From positions 192,001 through 256,000 of the forward strand of contig CBDIID010000003.1 of the NCBI GenBank assembly GCA_965279515.1: a DNA stretch of 64,000 nt. Direction: 5' to 3'. Below the pieces are notes generated by a model. It worked only from the letters and a program-made list of their open reading frames with translations. It did not search any database and was not told where the DNA came from. Positions 27,829-37,146 of the stretch are shown piece by piece. This DNA is from Turneriella sp. GTDB taxonomy: Bacteria; Spirochaetota; Leptospiria; Turneriellales; Turneriellaceae. A program made the position numbers and the translations under genes. Numbering within the stretch: position 1 is the first letter of the stretch; every line of letters starts with the position of its first letter.

Positions 27829-29115
27829 ATGTTCAGTGCTGCCACCGGCAAAAAAATCCTGATATTTGCGGCTGTTTTTGCGTACGGTCTGGTTGTATTC
27901 CGCGCCTCAACCATTTCGGGAATTAATTCAGGTAGCGGTAGGAACTCAATTTTCGGAGATGCCTTTAGCGATAATAATACAAATTCCGCCGCACGGTTTT
28001 TTAAGGAATATGGCTTCTTAAAAACCTACCTTCTTCCGGTGCATAATTATGACGGTGTCCGCAAAGGTGAAAAGCCCCTTGTTTACACACATTATCCCGC
28101 GGTACCTGATATTCTTGCGGGTGTCTATGCCACTGTACTTCATTCCACCGATGAACGGGTTTTGAGGATTTTTCCTGTATTGCTTAGTTTGCTTTTGTTG
28201 GTCCTGATCTTTAAGACCCTGAAGAAACTCATACCGGATGAAAAATTTATGATCGGTGTCATTGCCCTCATACTTTCCAATTATTTTATCGCCTGGGCTG
28301 ATAACCTCCACAAACATCTTTATGAGTCGCTAATTGAATGGGCTTATTTTTTTGTTTTATTAAAGCATCACGAGAATAATTGCAGGAAGACCGGGTATTT
28401 GATTCTATTGTGCCTCCTCATGCTGCTAGGTGTGAATATTTCCTTTGAAACTCCCGTATTCATCGGATCATTAACCCTGGGCTTTGCAATTTTTCTGCAA
28501 AGAAAAATATTCACAAAGGAAACACTGATTCTAGGGATCATGTTGCTTCTTGGGTTTTCTCTTCATTTCTGGCAAAATGCCGAATATTTTGGCTCGGCAC
28601 GTGCCGCGTTCGAAGATTTAAAAAAGACATTTGTTACCCGAACTACAGGAATTGATATGGGGGATGGCGTAGAGCGGAAATTTGGGATTGCCGATCTCTG
28701 GCAGGTGCCGGTTTATTCGCTTAACCGCATGGAACGCTATTTTGTTCTTCCGGGGTGGCTGATGGTTTTCTGGAGTTTTTTCAGTTTGCCTAAATTAAAG
28801 CGCGAAGCCCCTCAAACCTTTAAGATTGTTCTGGCGCTATTTCTGGCATCGATTAGCTGGTTTGTGGTAATGTCTCAGCATGCCGTAATTCACCCATTCA
28901 CTGTCAGGCATGTAGGGCCGCTCTATGCGGTTTGTATCTGCTATTTTCTTCCGGATTTTCTGGCGAGCTTTAAACGGCACAGGCAAGAGAAAAAACATTG
29001 GAGAACGTTGATGGACGTCCTCGTTATTATTTATGGGGCTGGAATGTTTCTGACTCAAAGCGTTCTGGATCTATACCTGCGGAATGGTTTCCTCTATCCG
29101 CATTTAGGGAAATAG
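27829..29115 (+). CDS. Polytopic membrane protein, possible GT-C (ArnT/PMT-like) glycosyltransferase
   Basis: Many hydrophobic segments; first large loop with DAFSD and YTHYPAVP, then RIFPVLLSL. Confidence 0.55.
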   Translation: MFSAATGKKILIFAAVFAYGLVVFRASTISGINSGSGRNSIFGDAFSDNNTNSAARFFKEYGFLKTYLLPVHNYDGVRKGEKPLVYTHYPAVPDILAGVYATVLHSTDERVLRIFPVLLSLLLLVLIFKTLKKLIPDEKFMIGVIALILSNYFIAWADNLHKHLYESLIEWAYFFVLLKHHENNCRKTGYLILLCLLMLLGVNISFETPVFIGSLTLGFAIFLQRKIFTKETLILGIMLLLGFSLHFWQNAEYFGSARAAFEDLKKTFVTRTTGIDMGDGVERKFGIADLWQVPVYSLNRMERYFVLPGWLMVFWSFFSLPKLKREAPQTFKIVLALFLASISWFVVMSQHAVIHPFTVRHVGPLYAVCICYFLPDFLASFKRHRQEKKHWRTLMDVLVIIYGAGMFLTQSVLDLYLRNGFLYPHLGK

Positions 29116-29130
29116 TTTTCCCCAGAAACC

Positions 29131-30168
29131 TCAGAACAGAATGTCTTGACCCACATCCAGAATACAGATGTTCTCCGGAGCAAGCCGTTTAGCTTCTGCT
29201 GCAGAAATAGTCTCGCGTTTTGGCTGATCCCAGTCTTCGTCGGCGAGGTCGTATGTGCCCCAGTGGATACCCAGCATTTTTCGCGCGGCAAGATCTTCAT
29301 AGGCGCGGATTGCTTCGTCGGGGGACACATGCACTTCGCGCATAAACCAACGCGGCAGGTAGGCGCCGATCGGCATGAGTGTCAGGTGGATGTCCGGGAA
29401 TTCCTGGGCGATTTCCGTAAAATGCGGCGAATAAGCCGTGTCGCCGGCGAAGTAGATATGCTTCAAAGGCTCATGGAATGAGATCATGAAAGATGCCCAC
29501 AGCGTTTCGTTGCGGTCGGTGGCGCTTCTGCCGGAAAAATGTTTTGCGGGCAGGCAGGTAACAGTGAATTTCCCCATGTCGATCTGCTGCCACCAATCGA
29601 GTTCATGTACCTCGGCGAAACCAAAACCTTTTATCAGCGATGCAACGCGCAGCGGTACAAAGATCGGCGGGTTTTCACGCGCCGCGAGAAACTTCAGCGT
29701 ATCGCTCTCGGCGTGATCATAATGATTGTGCGAGAGCACAATGGCGTCGATACGGGGGAGATCCGCAAGGTCTAGCGCCCGCGCACACAGGCGCTTCGGG
29801 CCCGCAAATTTGACAGGTGAAACACGGTCGCCGAAAACGGGATCGGTGAGAATATTCAAACCGCCGGCCTGCAAAAGCACGGCGGCATGGCCGAGCCAGA
29901 TCGCGCGGGCTTCAATGGCGGCCGGAATTAAATCGTTGCGGCTTAATGTGCGCACTGCCGCAGGTTCGCCGCGCCGGCTGCCCGCTAGGCCTTTACGCAG
30001 CAACCAACCCGCAACATCCAGCGCTTTGTGGCGGATATCGCCGCTCTGCGGATCGAATTTTTCTGATTCAGAATCGGGATGTGCACCCCAGATGTTGCGG
30101 AACTTTTTGCCGTTATGGTGCCGGGTATCGTAACGCGGCAGGTTTCTGATCTCCAGGGTGTTCAGCAT
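29131..30168 (-). CDS. MBL-fold metallo-hydrolase (NAPE-PLD/RomA-like)
   Basis: WLGHA, LTDPVF, SHNHYDH, PAKHFSGR, YFAGDT, PIGAY, IHWGT. Confidence 0.9.
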   Translation of the reverse strand: MLNTLEIRNLPRYDTRHHNGKKFRNIWGAHPDSESEKFDPQSGDIRHKALDVAGWLLRKGLAGSRRGEPAAVRTLSRNDLIPAAIEARAIWLGHAAVLLQAGGLNILTDPVFGDRVSPVKFAGPKRLCARALDLADLPRIDAIVLSHNHYDHAESDTLKFLAARENPPIFVPLRVASLIKGFGFAEVHELDWWQQIDMGKFTVTCLPAKHFSGRSATDRNETLWASFMISFHEPLKHIYFAGDTAYSPHFTEIAQEFPDIHLTLMPIGAYLPRWFMREVHVSPDEAIRAYEDLAARKMLGIHWGTYDLADEDWDQPKRETISAAEAKRLAPENICILDVGQDILF

Positions 30169-30219
30169 CTAAGGGATGCAATACAGCGTTTCGAGAGAGC
30201 ACGTAAACGAAAACCGCAA

Positions 30220-30642
30220 TTAGCCGGGGCTGTGTTCGCGCAGATACCGGAGTAACACGAGTTTCGCCGCTTCAGAGTCCTGGGCGCGGTGTTTCTTTTT
30301 GCGGCCAAGCCCCGTTTCCTGCAGCAGTTCATCCGCTTCCTGGCTGCTATAGGATTCATCGACGAAATCCATCCGCATTCCCGGTATGGCCGCAGCGAGT
30401 TTATCGCCAAAGGCCCGGATTTGCCGGTGGATATCACCCTCAACATCGGAAAAAGGGAAACCCAGGAGCATGCGGGTTACTTTTTCTGCGCGGATGGCCT
30501 TGTGGATTTCGATGACGGGATCCGTGCGCCCCGCGTCGATGGTGCCCAGCGCGCGCGCGGTGATGCCCGGGAAATCGGCTACAGCGAGGCCGATGAATCT
30601 GGAGCCATAGTCGATGCAGATGAGGCGTTCGGAATCACTCAC
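30220..30642 (-). CDS. ruvX: YqgF/RuvX RNase H-fold nuclease
   Basis: IDYGSRFIGLAVAD, GFP, VDESYSS, DSEAAKLVL. Confidence 0.9.
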   Translation of the reverse strand: MSDSERLICIDYGSRFIGLAVADFPGITARALGTIDAGRTDPVIEIHKAIRAEKVTRMLLGFPFSDVEGDIHRQIRAFGDKLAAAIPGMRMDFVDESYSSQEADELLQETGLGRKKKHRAQDSEAAKLVLLRYLREHSPG

Positions 30643-31201
30643 CGTCGAAAAGTTTTAACTGGTTAGCGTCGGTGACCTGGGCGATGTAGGGCAGGTTGCG
30701 CATGAAGCCCTTGTAATCCATGCCGACGCCGACGACGAATTCATCGGAGACCTCGAATGCCTTGTACTTCACCGGATAGACCAGCTTGCCTTGCGCAGCG
30801 ACGTTTTTGGGTTTGATGAGCAAGGTGGCGATTTCAACGGATGCCACGCCGCGGCCCTTGAGCAGGTCTACCATACACTGCAGCGTGAGGCCCGTATCGA
30901 TGATATCTTCAGCTATTACGACATGCTCGCCATGCGGGTCGTCACTGAGGTCTTTGAGGATTTTAATATTACCTGAAGAAGTCGTGGCCTTGCCATAGCT
31001 CGAAATTTCCATAAAATCGATTTTGACCGGCATCTCAATCGCCCGGATAAGATCGGCCATAAAAACGAAACAGCCCCGCAGAGCGCCGATCACACGCACA
31101 TGGCTTTTACCCGCATAATCCGCAGTGATTTGTTTCCCGAGTTCGGCGACGCGGGCCTCGAGTTCCGCCTTGGATATCAGCGGTGGAATAGGTTCATACA
31201 T
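30635..31201 (-). CDS. hpt: Hypoxanthine phosphoribosyltransferase
   Basis: LRGCFVFMADL, ISSYG, EDIIDTGLT, FVVGVGMDY, RNLPYI. Confidence 0.95.
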   Translation of the reverse strand: MYEPIPPLISKAELEARVAELGKQITADYAGKSHVRVIGALRGCFVFMADLIRAIEMPVKIDFMEISSYGKATTSSGNIKILKDLSDDPHGEHVVIAEDIIDTGLTLQCMVDLLKGRGVASVEIATLLIKPKNVAAQGKLVYPVKYKAFEVSDEFVVGVGMDYKGFMRNLPYIAQVTDANQLKLFDGE

Positions 31202-31206
31202 GGTCG

Positions 31207-31692
31207 TCAGATTCCCGATTCACCGACGAGGCGGCCGTAGGTGCGTATCAGGTCGGTGATGGTGATGACCCCCATGAGTTTTTCGCCTTCAACCACCGGA
31301 ATAGTGCGTTGGCCGTAGGTCGTGAAGAGCCGCGCCGCAGAATCCAGCGAATCGGTTGGTTTCAGGGAATGCAAAATCGGTTTTTCGATCAGGCTTTCGA
31401 GCGAAGAGCGCAGGTAATCCATCTTGTCAGAAAAACTTTCCACATAACTTTTATGTAACAGGTCAAAGGCACTCAATACCGACCAGGGTTTGCCGTCTTT
31501 CATGACAATGAGGCCGTGGATGTTGTTCTCGATCAGCGTACGCGCAGCGGTCGCCAGCAAATCACCGGCATCCAGGGTGATGACATCTGCCTTCATCACA
31601 TCGCGGACGCGCGTATGGCGGATCTTGGAAAGCCGCGCATGCAGGGAATTCAGTGTTTTATGTTCAATACTATCGTGTTTCGCCTGTTCCAT
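31207..31692 (-). CDS. CBS-pair domain protein
   Basis: VRDVM...HGLIV...LSAFDL and IPVVE...GVITITDL; start at ATG 31692 preferred. Confidence 0.85.
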   Translation of the reverse strand: MEQAKHDSIEHKTLNSLHARLSKIRHTRVRDVMKADVITLDAGDLLATAARTLIENNIHGLIVMKDGKPWSVLSAFDLLHKSYVESFSDKMDYLRSSLESLIEKPILHSLKPTDSLDSAARLFTTYGQRTIPVVEGEKLMGVITITDLIRTYGRLVGESGI

Positions 31693-31702
31693 GGATATCC
31701 TG

Positions 31703-32482
31703 TCAGCGGAACACAATGTTACGCTTTAAAACCTCTTTATTTAATTCGTGTTGAATGCGATAGCGGATGTTCTGGTTGATCTCTTTGACAAAACGCGCGT
31801 CTTTGATATCTTTCTTATTGTATTTGCTGAAGTCGATCGCCGGCAAAATTTTAATTTTCCATTTTGCCGGAAACGGAATCCAGTTCAGGGGCAGGGGAAT
31901 CGATGCGCCCATCGATTCCTTAAACAGATCGATCTTCGCGAGATTGATATTACTTTCTTCGGCGCCGATGATGGCAACCGGTACCACGGGTGCCTGCTGC
32001 ATAATGGCGAGCGGCACAAAACCCGGATTAAAATCCACCATTTTGTACATGCTCGATGAAACTTTAAAATTACCTTCGGCGCCTTCGGGAAAGATCACGA
32101 CCATATGGCCGTCGCGCAGTTTATTGAGGCCCTCTTTCAGGTCGGCTGGGAATGTACCCATGCTGCGGCTGAACGCGGCAAAGAAGCCGTTGGCAAACCA
32201 GAAGTTGTGACCCATCGTGCGGGGAATCCGCTTGGTGATTTTTTTGAGCGCCATGATGAGCATGAGCACGTCGAAGCCGAGCGCGTTCGAATGGTTGGGA
32301 ACAATGAGCATGCGGCCTTTACCGCCGTTGGGCAGGTTCTCCGCGCCTTCAATTTCGAGGCGGAAATACGACGCCAGTATGTCGAACATGCTGCCGGGTA
32401 AAAATTTCAAAGCCCGGGCAAAAAACTGCGCGGTCTGCGTCGTATTGTCGTCCGGTCTTACAAATTTACCCACGGCGCACAA
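31703..32482 (-). CDS. Lysophospholipid acyltransferase (PlsC superfamily)
   Basis: IEGAENLP, NHSNALGFD, IFPEG, PVVPVAIIG. Confidence 0.88.
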   Translation of the reverse strand: MCAVGKFVRPDDNTTQTAQFFARALKFLPGSMFDILASYFRLEIEGAENLPNGGKGRMLIVPNHSNALGFDVLMLIMALKKITKRIPRTMGHNFWFANGFFAAFSRSMGTFPADLKEGLNKLRDGHMVVIFPEGAEGNFKVSSSMYKMVDFNPGFVPLAIMQQAPVVPVAIIGAEESNINLAKIDLFKESMGASIPLPLNWIPFPAKWKIKILPAIDFSKYNKKDIKDARFVKEINQNIRYRIQHELNKEVLKRNIVFR

Positions 32483-32527
32483 GGTTCCGGTTCACTAAAT
32501 CACGTCAAGCAGAATGACTTTTATGGT

Positions 32528-34126
32528 TTGCGGTGGAGGGGGAATCTGGATTTCAGCGGTGTGGACGTATCGAAGCTGATGATCTTCTTCGGCAGCATGG
32601 TGCTGCTGATGCTGCCGCTTTGGCCGCTGCAGATTCTCCGCGGCCGCGGTTTTCGTGAGCCATTTCTCGTCTATATCTGCCTGCTGTGGTTTCTGTCCTT
32701 TTTCACAGGCGGATTGAACTTTGCGAGCCATATCACAATCGACGATACCGTCTATCGCTTTCGCCTGTCTTCGGGCATCTATACGCTGATTTTTGCCGCG
32801 CTGCTGCTGGTTTATATTGCCGAGGGTATCAACGAAGCCCGCAAAGTGATCATGATTTCGATCGGCTGCCAGATCTTTCTCATCATCATCCAGGTATTCC
32901 TCTATAGCGCGAAGGGTTCGTTTCTCAAGGAATCCGAATGGGCGCTGACGAACCAGGTGCTTGAGCCGAGGGTCTTTAACATCGGCGTCTCGATCTTCAA
33001 TACCATTCTCGATCTTTTTCTTGCTGTCGTGTTATTCCAGTTCCTGGTAAACCGGCTGAAAAAAGTCCCACTGGGTATTATCATCTTCGGTGCGCTTTGG
33101 GCGACGATGATGCTCGATTCGGTGATCTATGTGGGATTAACCCGTCCCGAGGCCTTTAAGAACCACCTGACAGGGCATGTCATCTTCAAGACTTCGCTGA
33201 TTTTGCTTCTGGTCTTTCCGCTGGCATTTTTCATACGCCGCTTTCGCAAGCAGGTAGATCTCAACCGCGGGACACTCGATATTTTCAAAAAGCTCGAAAA
33301 TCTCGAACGCGACCTCGAAAAGGCGCACAGTGAGCTGCAGGCCTATGCGCAGAACCTGGAAAAGATGGTAGAAGACAGAACGAAAGAGATCCGGGCCAAA
33401 TCGGAGATCACGCAGCGTGAACTGGAGTTGGCAACCGAAGTGCAGCAGGCCATGCTGCCGGTCTCGGATAGTCTGGCCTCTCTCCATGTCGCATCGCTCT
33501 ATCGTCCCTGCCACGAGGTATCGGGCGATCTCTACGATTATGCCGAATTGCCCGATGGGCGGTTTTTTATTTTTATTGCTGATATCTCCGGTCACGGCGT
33601 ACCGAGCGCGCTGGTTGGCGCGATGTGTAAAATGTCGCTCGGCAGCCAGGATTTTTCCCGCACCAACGCCGGAGATATTCTGAAGAAGCTGTCTGATGCC
33701 ATGAAAAAGGTTACGACCAGTCACTACCTGACAGGGATCATACTCCTGATCGATCCCAAGGCGCGCACCATTGAATACGCCAATGGCGGTCACATCCCCT
33801 GCCTTTTGCAAAGCAGTAAGTCGACATTTTTGCCGATGGAAGCGACGGGCACTGTCATCGGCTCTTTCATTACCGCGCCCTATGATTTTAAGAAGATTGC
33901 TTATCCCGCAAATACGCGGCTGGTGCTGTTCACCGATGGCATCGTAGAGCAGAAAAATGAGACACGTGAGGAGTTTGGCATCGAACGTTTTGAAAAAATT
34001 CTGATGCAGCAGCGCGAGCAGAAACCCGCTGTCGTTTTGGAAGAAATTTACCGCCAGGCTACAGAATTTGGCAAGACGGAAAAATTTGCCGATGATGTAA
34101 CATTACTCATCGCCGATTTACCGTAA
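32528..34126 (+). CDS. Membrane-bound SpoIIE/RsbU-type PP2C phosphatase
   Basis: Multi-TM N-terminus, coiled coil, EVQQAMLP, VSGDLYD, IADISGHG, NGGH, FTDGIVE, DDVT. Start uncertain (TTG 32528, GTG 32561 or ATG 32579). Confidence 0.9.
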   Translation: MRWRGNLDFSGVDVSKLMIFFGSMVLLMLPLWPLQILRGRGFREPFLVYICLLWFLSFFTGGLNFASHITIDDTVYRFRLSSGIYTLIFAALLLVYIAEGINEARKVIMISIGCQIFLIIIQVFLYSAKGSFLKESEWALTNQVLEPRVFNIGVSIFNTILDLFLAVVLFQFLVNRLKKVPLGIIIFGALWATMMLDSVIYVGLTRPEAFKNHLTGHVIFKTSLILLLVFPLAFFIRRFRKQVDLNRGTLDIFKKLENLERDLEKAHSELQAYAQNLEKMVEDRTKEIRAKSEITQRELELATEVQQAMLPVSDSLASLHVASLYRPCHEVSGDLYDYAELPDGRFFIFIADISGHGVPSALVGAMCKMSLGSQDFSRTNAGDILKKLSDAMKKVTTSHYLTGIILLIDPKARTIEYANGGHIPCLLQSSKSTFLPMEATGTVIGSFITAPYDFKKIAYPANTRLVLFTDGIVEQKNETREEFGIERFEKILMQQREQKPAVVLEEIYRQATEFGKTEKFADDVTLLIADLP

Positions 34127-34128
34127 CT

Positions 34129-36075
34129 ATGCAGAGATTTACCGCCGCCGTTGCCGCCTATCGCGCAAATCGTTTTCTGAACGCGTTTAATCTTTTATTC
34201 GCGGGCATGGCATTACTTTACCGGCTGGGCCTCGCCTTCGGGGTCCGTTCGTCAGAAGCGGCTCCCTTTGGTACCGAGAAGGGAATCAAGACAAGTTTGC
34301 TCATTCTAACGACGATTGGCAACGACATCGTTGTCCTGATTGTCTTTAATATAATTTTTCTCGCGTTCTATCTTTTCCGGAAAAATCGGCCGGGGCACCA
34401 CCCGGTGCCCAACCAAAAGAAGACGCTCTATTTTCTCTGTGGATTTATCGCCCTGGTATTCTGGCACACGATGATCACCGGGTCGCATTTTAACCTGCTC
34501 TTTAACATGAATTCGGGATTTACCCTGGCCCTGTTCATGGAATTTTTCTCGATACTGGGCTTCCGCGCTTTTGTGACAATGCTCAGCACGCGTGACTTCG
34601 CCATACTCGTGCTACCGGTGACGGCTTTTGTATTGCTCTGGATGCGGCACCACTGGATTCCCCGCAAAAAACATATTGCGGCGGCGACCATGACTGTTTT
34701 TGTACTGCTGCTGCTCGGGCCGGTTTTGGGTTCGCAAAAGCTGCCCGACGAGCTGCGCATGAATCCGCATGCTTACTTTTTGCGCGACGTCGGGCGCACA
34801 CTTTTCAAAAAAAGCGAAGCGCTGAAGCCCGACCGCGTAACGGGCCGGGTCTACCTGGCAGACAAACTCTTTGCAAAACACAGGCCCGAAACGGATGATA
34901 GCGGGCCCAGCAGCCGCGAGTACGCCGATATCGTTGTGATCGTACTCGAAAGTAATTCTTCCGAATACATTTTCGATACCCAGAAATACGCAGGCGGCAA
35001 GATGCCCATGCCTTACCTGCATTCTTTAACTGGCAAATCTCTCTACATGAGCCGGCACTTTGCCTCAAACAACAGCTCGCCGCGCTCGATCTTCTCGATT
35101 TTTTCCGGCCTCTATGAAAGCCCCCAGACTTCGTTTTATTCCATGGAGAAGAATCTCCAGGTGCCGCACCTTGTCGATTTCCTGGGGAAAAAATATGAGT
35201 CGTTTCTTGTGACGCCCGCCGACATTAACTGGTATTTCCCGAAAGCCTGGTTCAAGAACCGCGGTTTTGCGGAGATCCACGACTACAATACCCTCAAATC
35301 CATTCCCGAGTATAAGGCCGGCCCGACTGCGGTGCGCGATGAATTTCAATCGGTGGAATTTTTCCTGAATCGTGCCACGTCGACCAGGAAACCCTTTCTC
35401 GGTGTCTATTATACATTCGTCGGGCACTGGCCTTATGCCGACGTCGCCCCCGAGCACCAGATTGTTAAGCCCGATTCGTCGCGCAGCCGCTACATCAATA
35501 ACCTGTACGCGCAGGACCAGATCGTTAAGCGGATTATTACCGGCTTCGAAAAAGCCGGCAAATTCGATAACACCATCTTCGTCATCGTCGGCGATCATGG
35601 CGAGGCATTTTACCAGCATCCCGGAAACAGGGTACATTCGGGAGAAAGTTATAATGAGAACATCGCCTCGCCGCTCGTCATTTATTCGCCGCGCTACATC
35701 ATCTCGCAGCGCATAGATTACCCGACGGTGCATGCCGACATTGTGCCGACGCTGCTCGATACCCTCGGCATCCCTTACCGCAAAGAACAGTTCCAGGGCG
35801 AATCGCTGAATGCCAAACCCGCCCGGCGCTATGTCTTCTCCTATGGCAATGAGAATACCCTGACTGCGGTTTCAGGCGACCTCAAAAAAATGCAGATCCT
35901 GCGCAAAGATGAAGGCGGCTGCCGTTATTTCGACCTGAAACGCGACGCCGCCGAACTCAACAATACCGCATGCCCTACGGGGTCAGATCACTATAGGGCG
36001 ATTGAAGCGTTCTTTCGTGTGCAGCCCGGCGTGATCAAAGGTTATAACGAGCTCTGCAACCGCACGGGCTGCTGA
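34129..36075 (+). CDS. LTA-synthase/sulfatase-family membrane protein
   Basis: About five N-terminal TM helices, VVIVLES, GHWPY, IVGDHGE, H..DIVPTLLD. Confidence 0.82.
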   Translation: MQRFTAAVAAYRANRFLNAFNLLFAGMALLYRLGLAFGVRSSEAAPFGTEKGIKTSLLILTTIGNDIVVLIVFNIIFLAFYLFRKNRPGHHPVPNQKKTLYFLCGFIALVFWHTMITGSHFNLLFNMNSGFTLALFMEFFSILGFRAFVTMLSTRDFAILVLPVTAFVLLWMRHHWIPRKKHIAAATMTVFVLLLLGPVLGSQKLPDELRMNPHAYFLRDVGRTLFKKSEALKPDRVTGRVYLADKLFAKHRPETDDSGPSSREYADIVVIVLESNSSEYIFDTQKYAGGKMPMPYLHSLTGKSLYMSRHFASNNSSPRSIFSIFSGLYESPQTSFYSMEKNLQVPHLVDFLGKKYESFLVTPADINWYFPKAWFKNRGFAEIHDYNTLKSIPEYKAGPTAVRDEFQSVEFFLNRATSTRKPFLGVYYTFVGHWPYADVAPEHQIVKPDSSRSRYINNLYAQDQIVKRIITGFEKAGKFDNTIFVIVGDHGEAFYQHPGNRVHSGESYNENIASPLVIYSPRYIISQRIDYPTVHADIVPTLLDTLGIPYRKEQFQGESLNAKPARRYVFSYGNENTLTAVSGDLKKMQILRKDEGGCRYFDLKRDAAELNNTACPTGSDHYRAIEAFFRVQPGVIKGYNELCNRTGC

Positions 36076-36222
36076 TCGCAGCACAAGGGGAAATCCCACT
36101 TATGACGCCCTGCATTAATTTTCGGATTTATTTTGTGTCGTTTTTCGGCCGCCCACACGTCTAATAAAGCAAGCTGGGTTGACATGAGACCCCTAAGATG
36201 GGACTCAGCCAACCCACCATTA

Positions 36223-36238
36223 TGGCACAAATATTGCC
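36223..36238 (+). promoter_or_regulatory. Putative sigma54 promoter (exact consensus)
   Basis: TGGCAC-AAATA-TTGCC matches TGGCAC-N5-TTGC exactly; upstream of the gene at 36313. Confidence 0.7.
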
Positions 36239-36312
36239 GCAACGAAACCACAACTTTACGGCGCCGGATGCCGACGTTATAGTGAACGGGAATCCGGGGG
36301 ATGGGGAGTGAT

Positions 36313-37146
36313 ATGAGCAAAGCCGTACTTTTCCTGATTTCGCTGATCTATCCCCTGACTGAATTTGAATTTTCAGATACCGGCACTACCGGCAACATCA
36401 AACGTGTCGTCGCCATTGCCGTCGACGGCGTGCGTGAAAGCGAAGCGGCGCCGGTCTTTCAGGAGTTCCAGAAAAAAATGACCGAACTCGGTCTCTATTC
36501 GTTCTGGCGCGGCAAGAACCATAAGTGCGTTCCCTCGCAGGAATCGAACATGTCGCTGCCGGCCTATGCGAGCGTCTTTTCAGGGCATGCGCAGAAAAAT
36601 ATCATCGATAACAGGTTCCAGGGCAAACTCTTGCACAAGACCCTGTTTGACGAATACCCCGATTCACAGCTCTTCTCTGCCTGGAACCCCATCGTCAACG
36701 GTGTTTCCAACGATATCCAGACATTGGGTCGCGCCTATATTTCCGGGTCGGGCAATAAACCCGGCGAAGATATCTGGGTGATGTCGAGCTTTCGCCTGGT
36801 GCACGACTTCACCAACCGTTTCCTGTTTGTGCACCTCGGCGATGCGGATGAATACGCGCATGTCAATCACTGGCAGGGGTATAACGATGCGGTGAAGCAT
36901 GAAGCTGATTATGTCCATGAAATCATACAGACCTCAGAGATCGCCGGTATGAAAGAAACGGTATATTTTATTTTTTCAGACCACAGCCGGGGCGACTGGA
37001 ACTGGCAGGAACACGGTTATACCGTTCCGGGAAGCCATGCGATGTGGATTATGGAAGTGAATCCCGGTGGCAGGCCCTTGATGACCGCCGAATGCAATCA
37101 CATTCAATTGCACGCGGCGATCGAGAAAACTATCCGCGGCCGTTAA
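36313..37146 (+). CDS. Alkaline-phosphatase-superfamily enzyme, probably exported
   Basis: AVDGVR, MSLPAY (Ser nucleophile position), [21 protein letters not shown] 36313 after GGGGAG. Confidence 0.75.
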   Translation: MSKAVLFLISLIYPLTEFEFSDTGTTGNIKRVVAIAVDGVRESEAAPVFQEFQKKMTELGLYSFWRGKNHKCVPSQESNMSLPAYASVFSGHAQKNIIDNRFQGKLLHKTLFDEYPDSQLFSAWNPIVNGVSNDIQTLGRAYISGSGNKPGEDIWVMSSFRLVHDFTNRFLFVHLGDADEYAHVNHWQGYNDAVKHEADYVHEIIQTSEIAGMKETVYFIFSDHSRGDWNWQEHGYTVPGSHAMWIMEVNPGGRPLMTAECNHIQLHAAIEKTIRGR

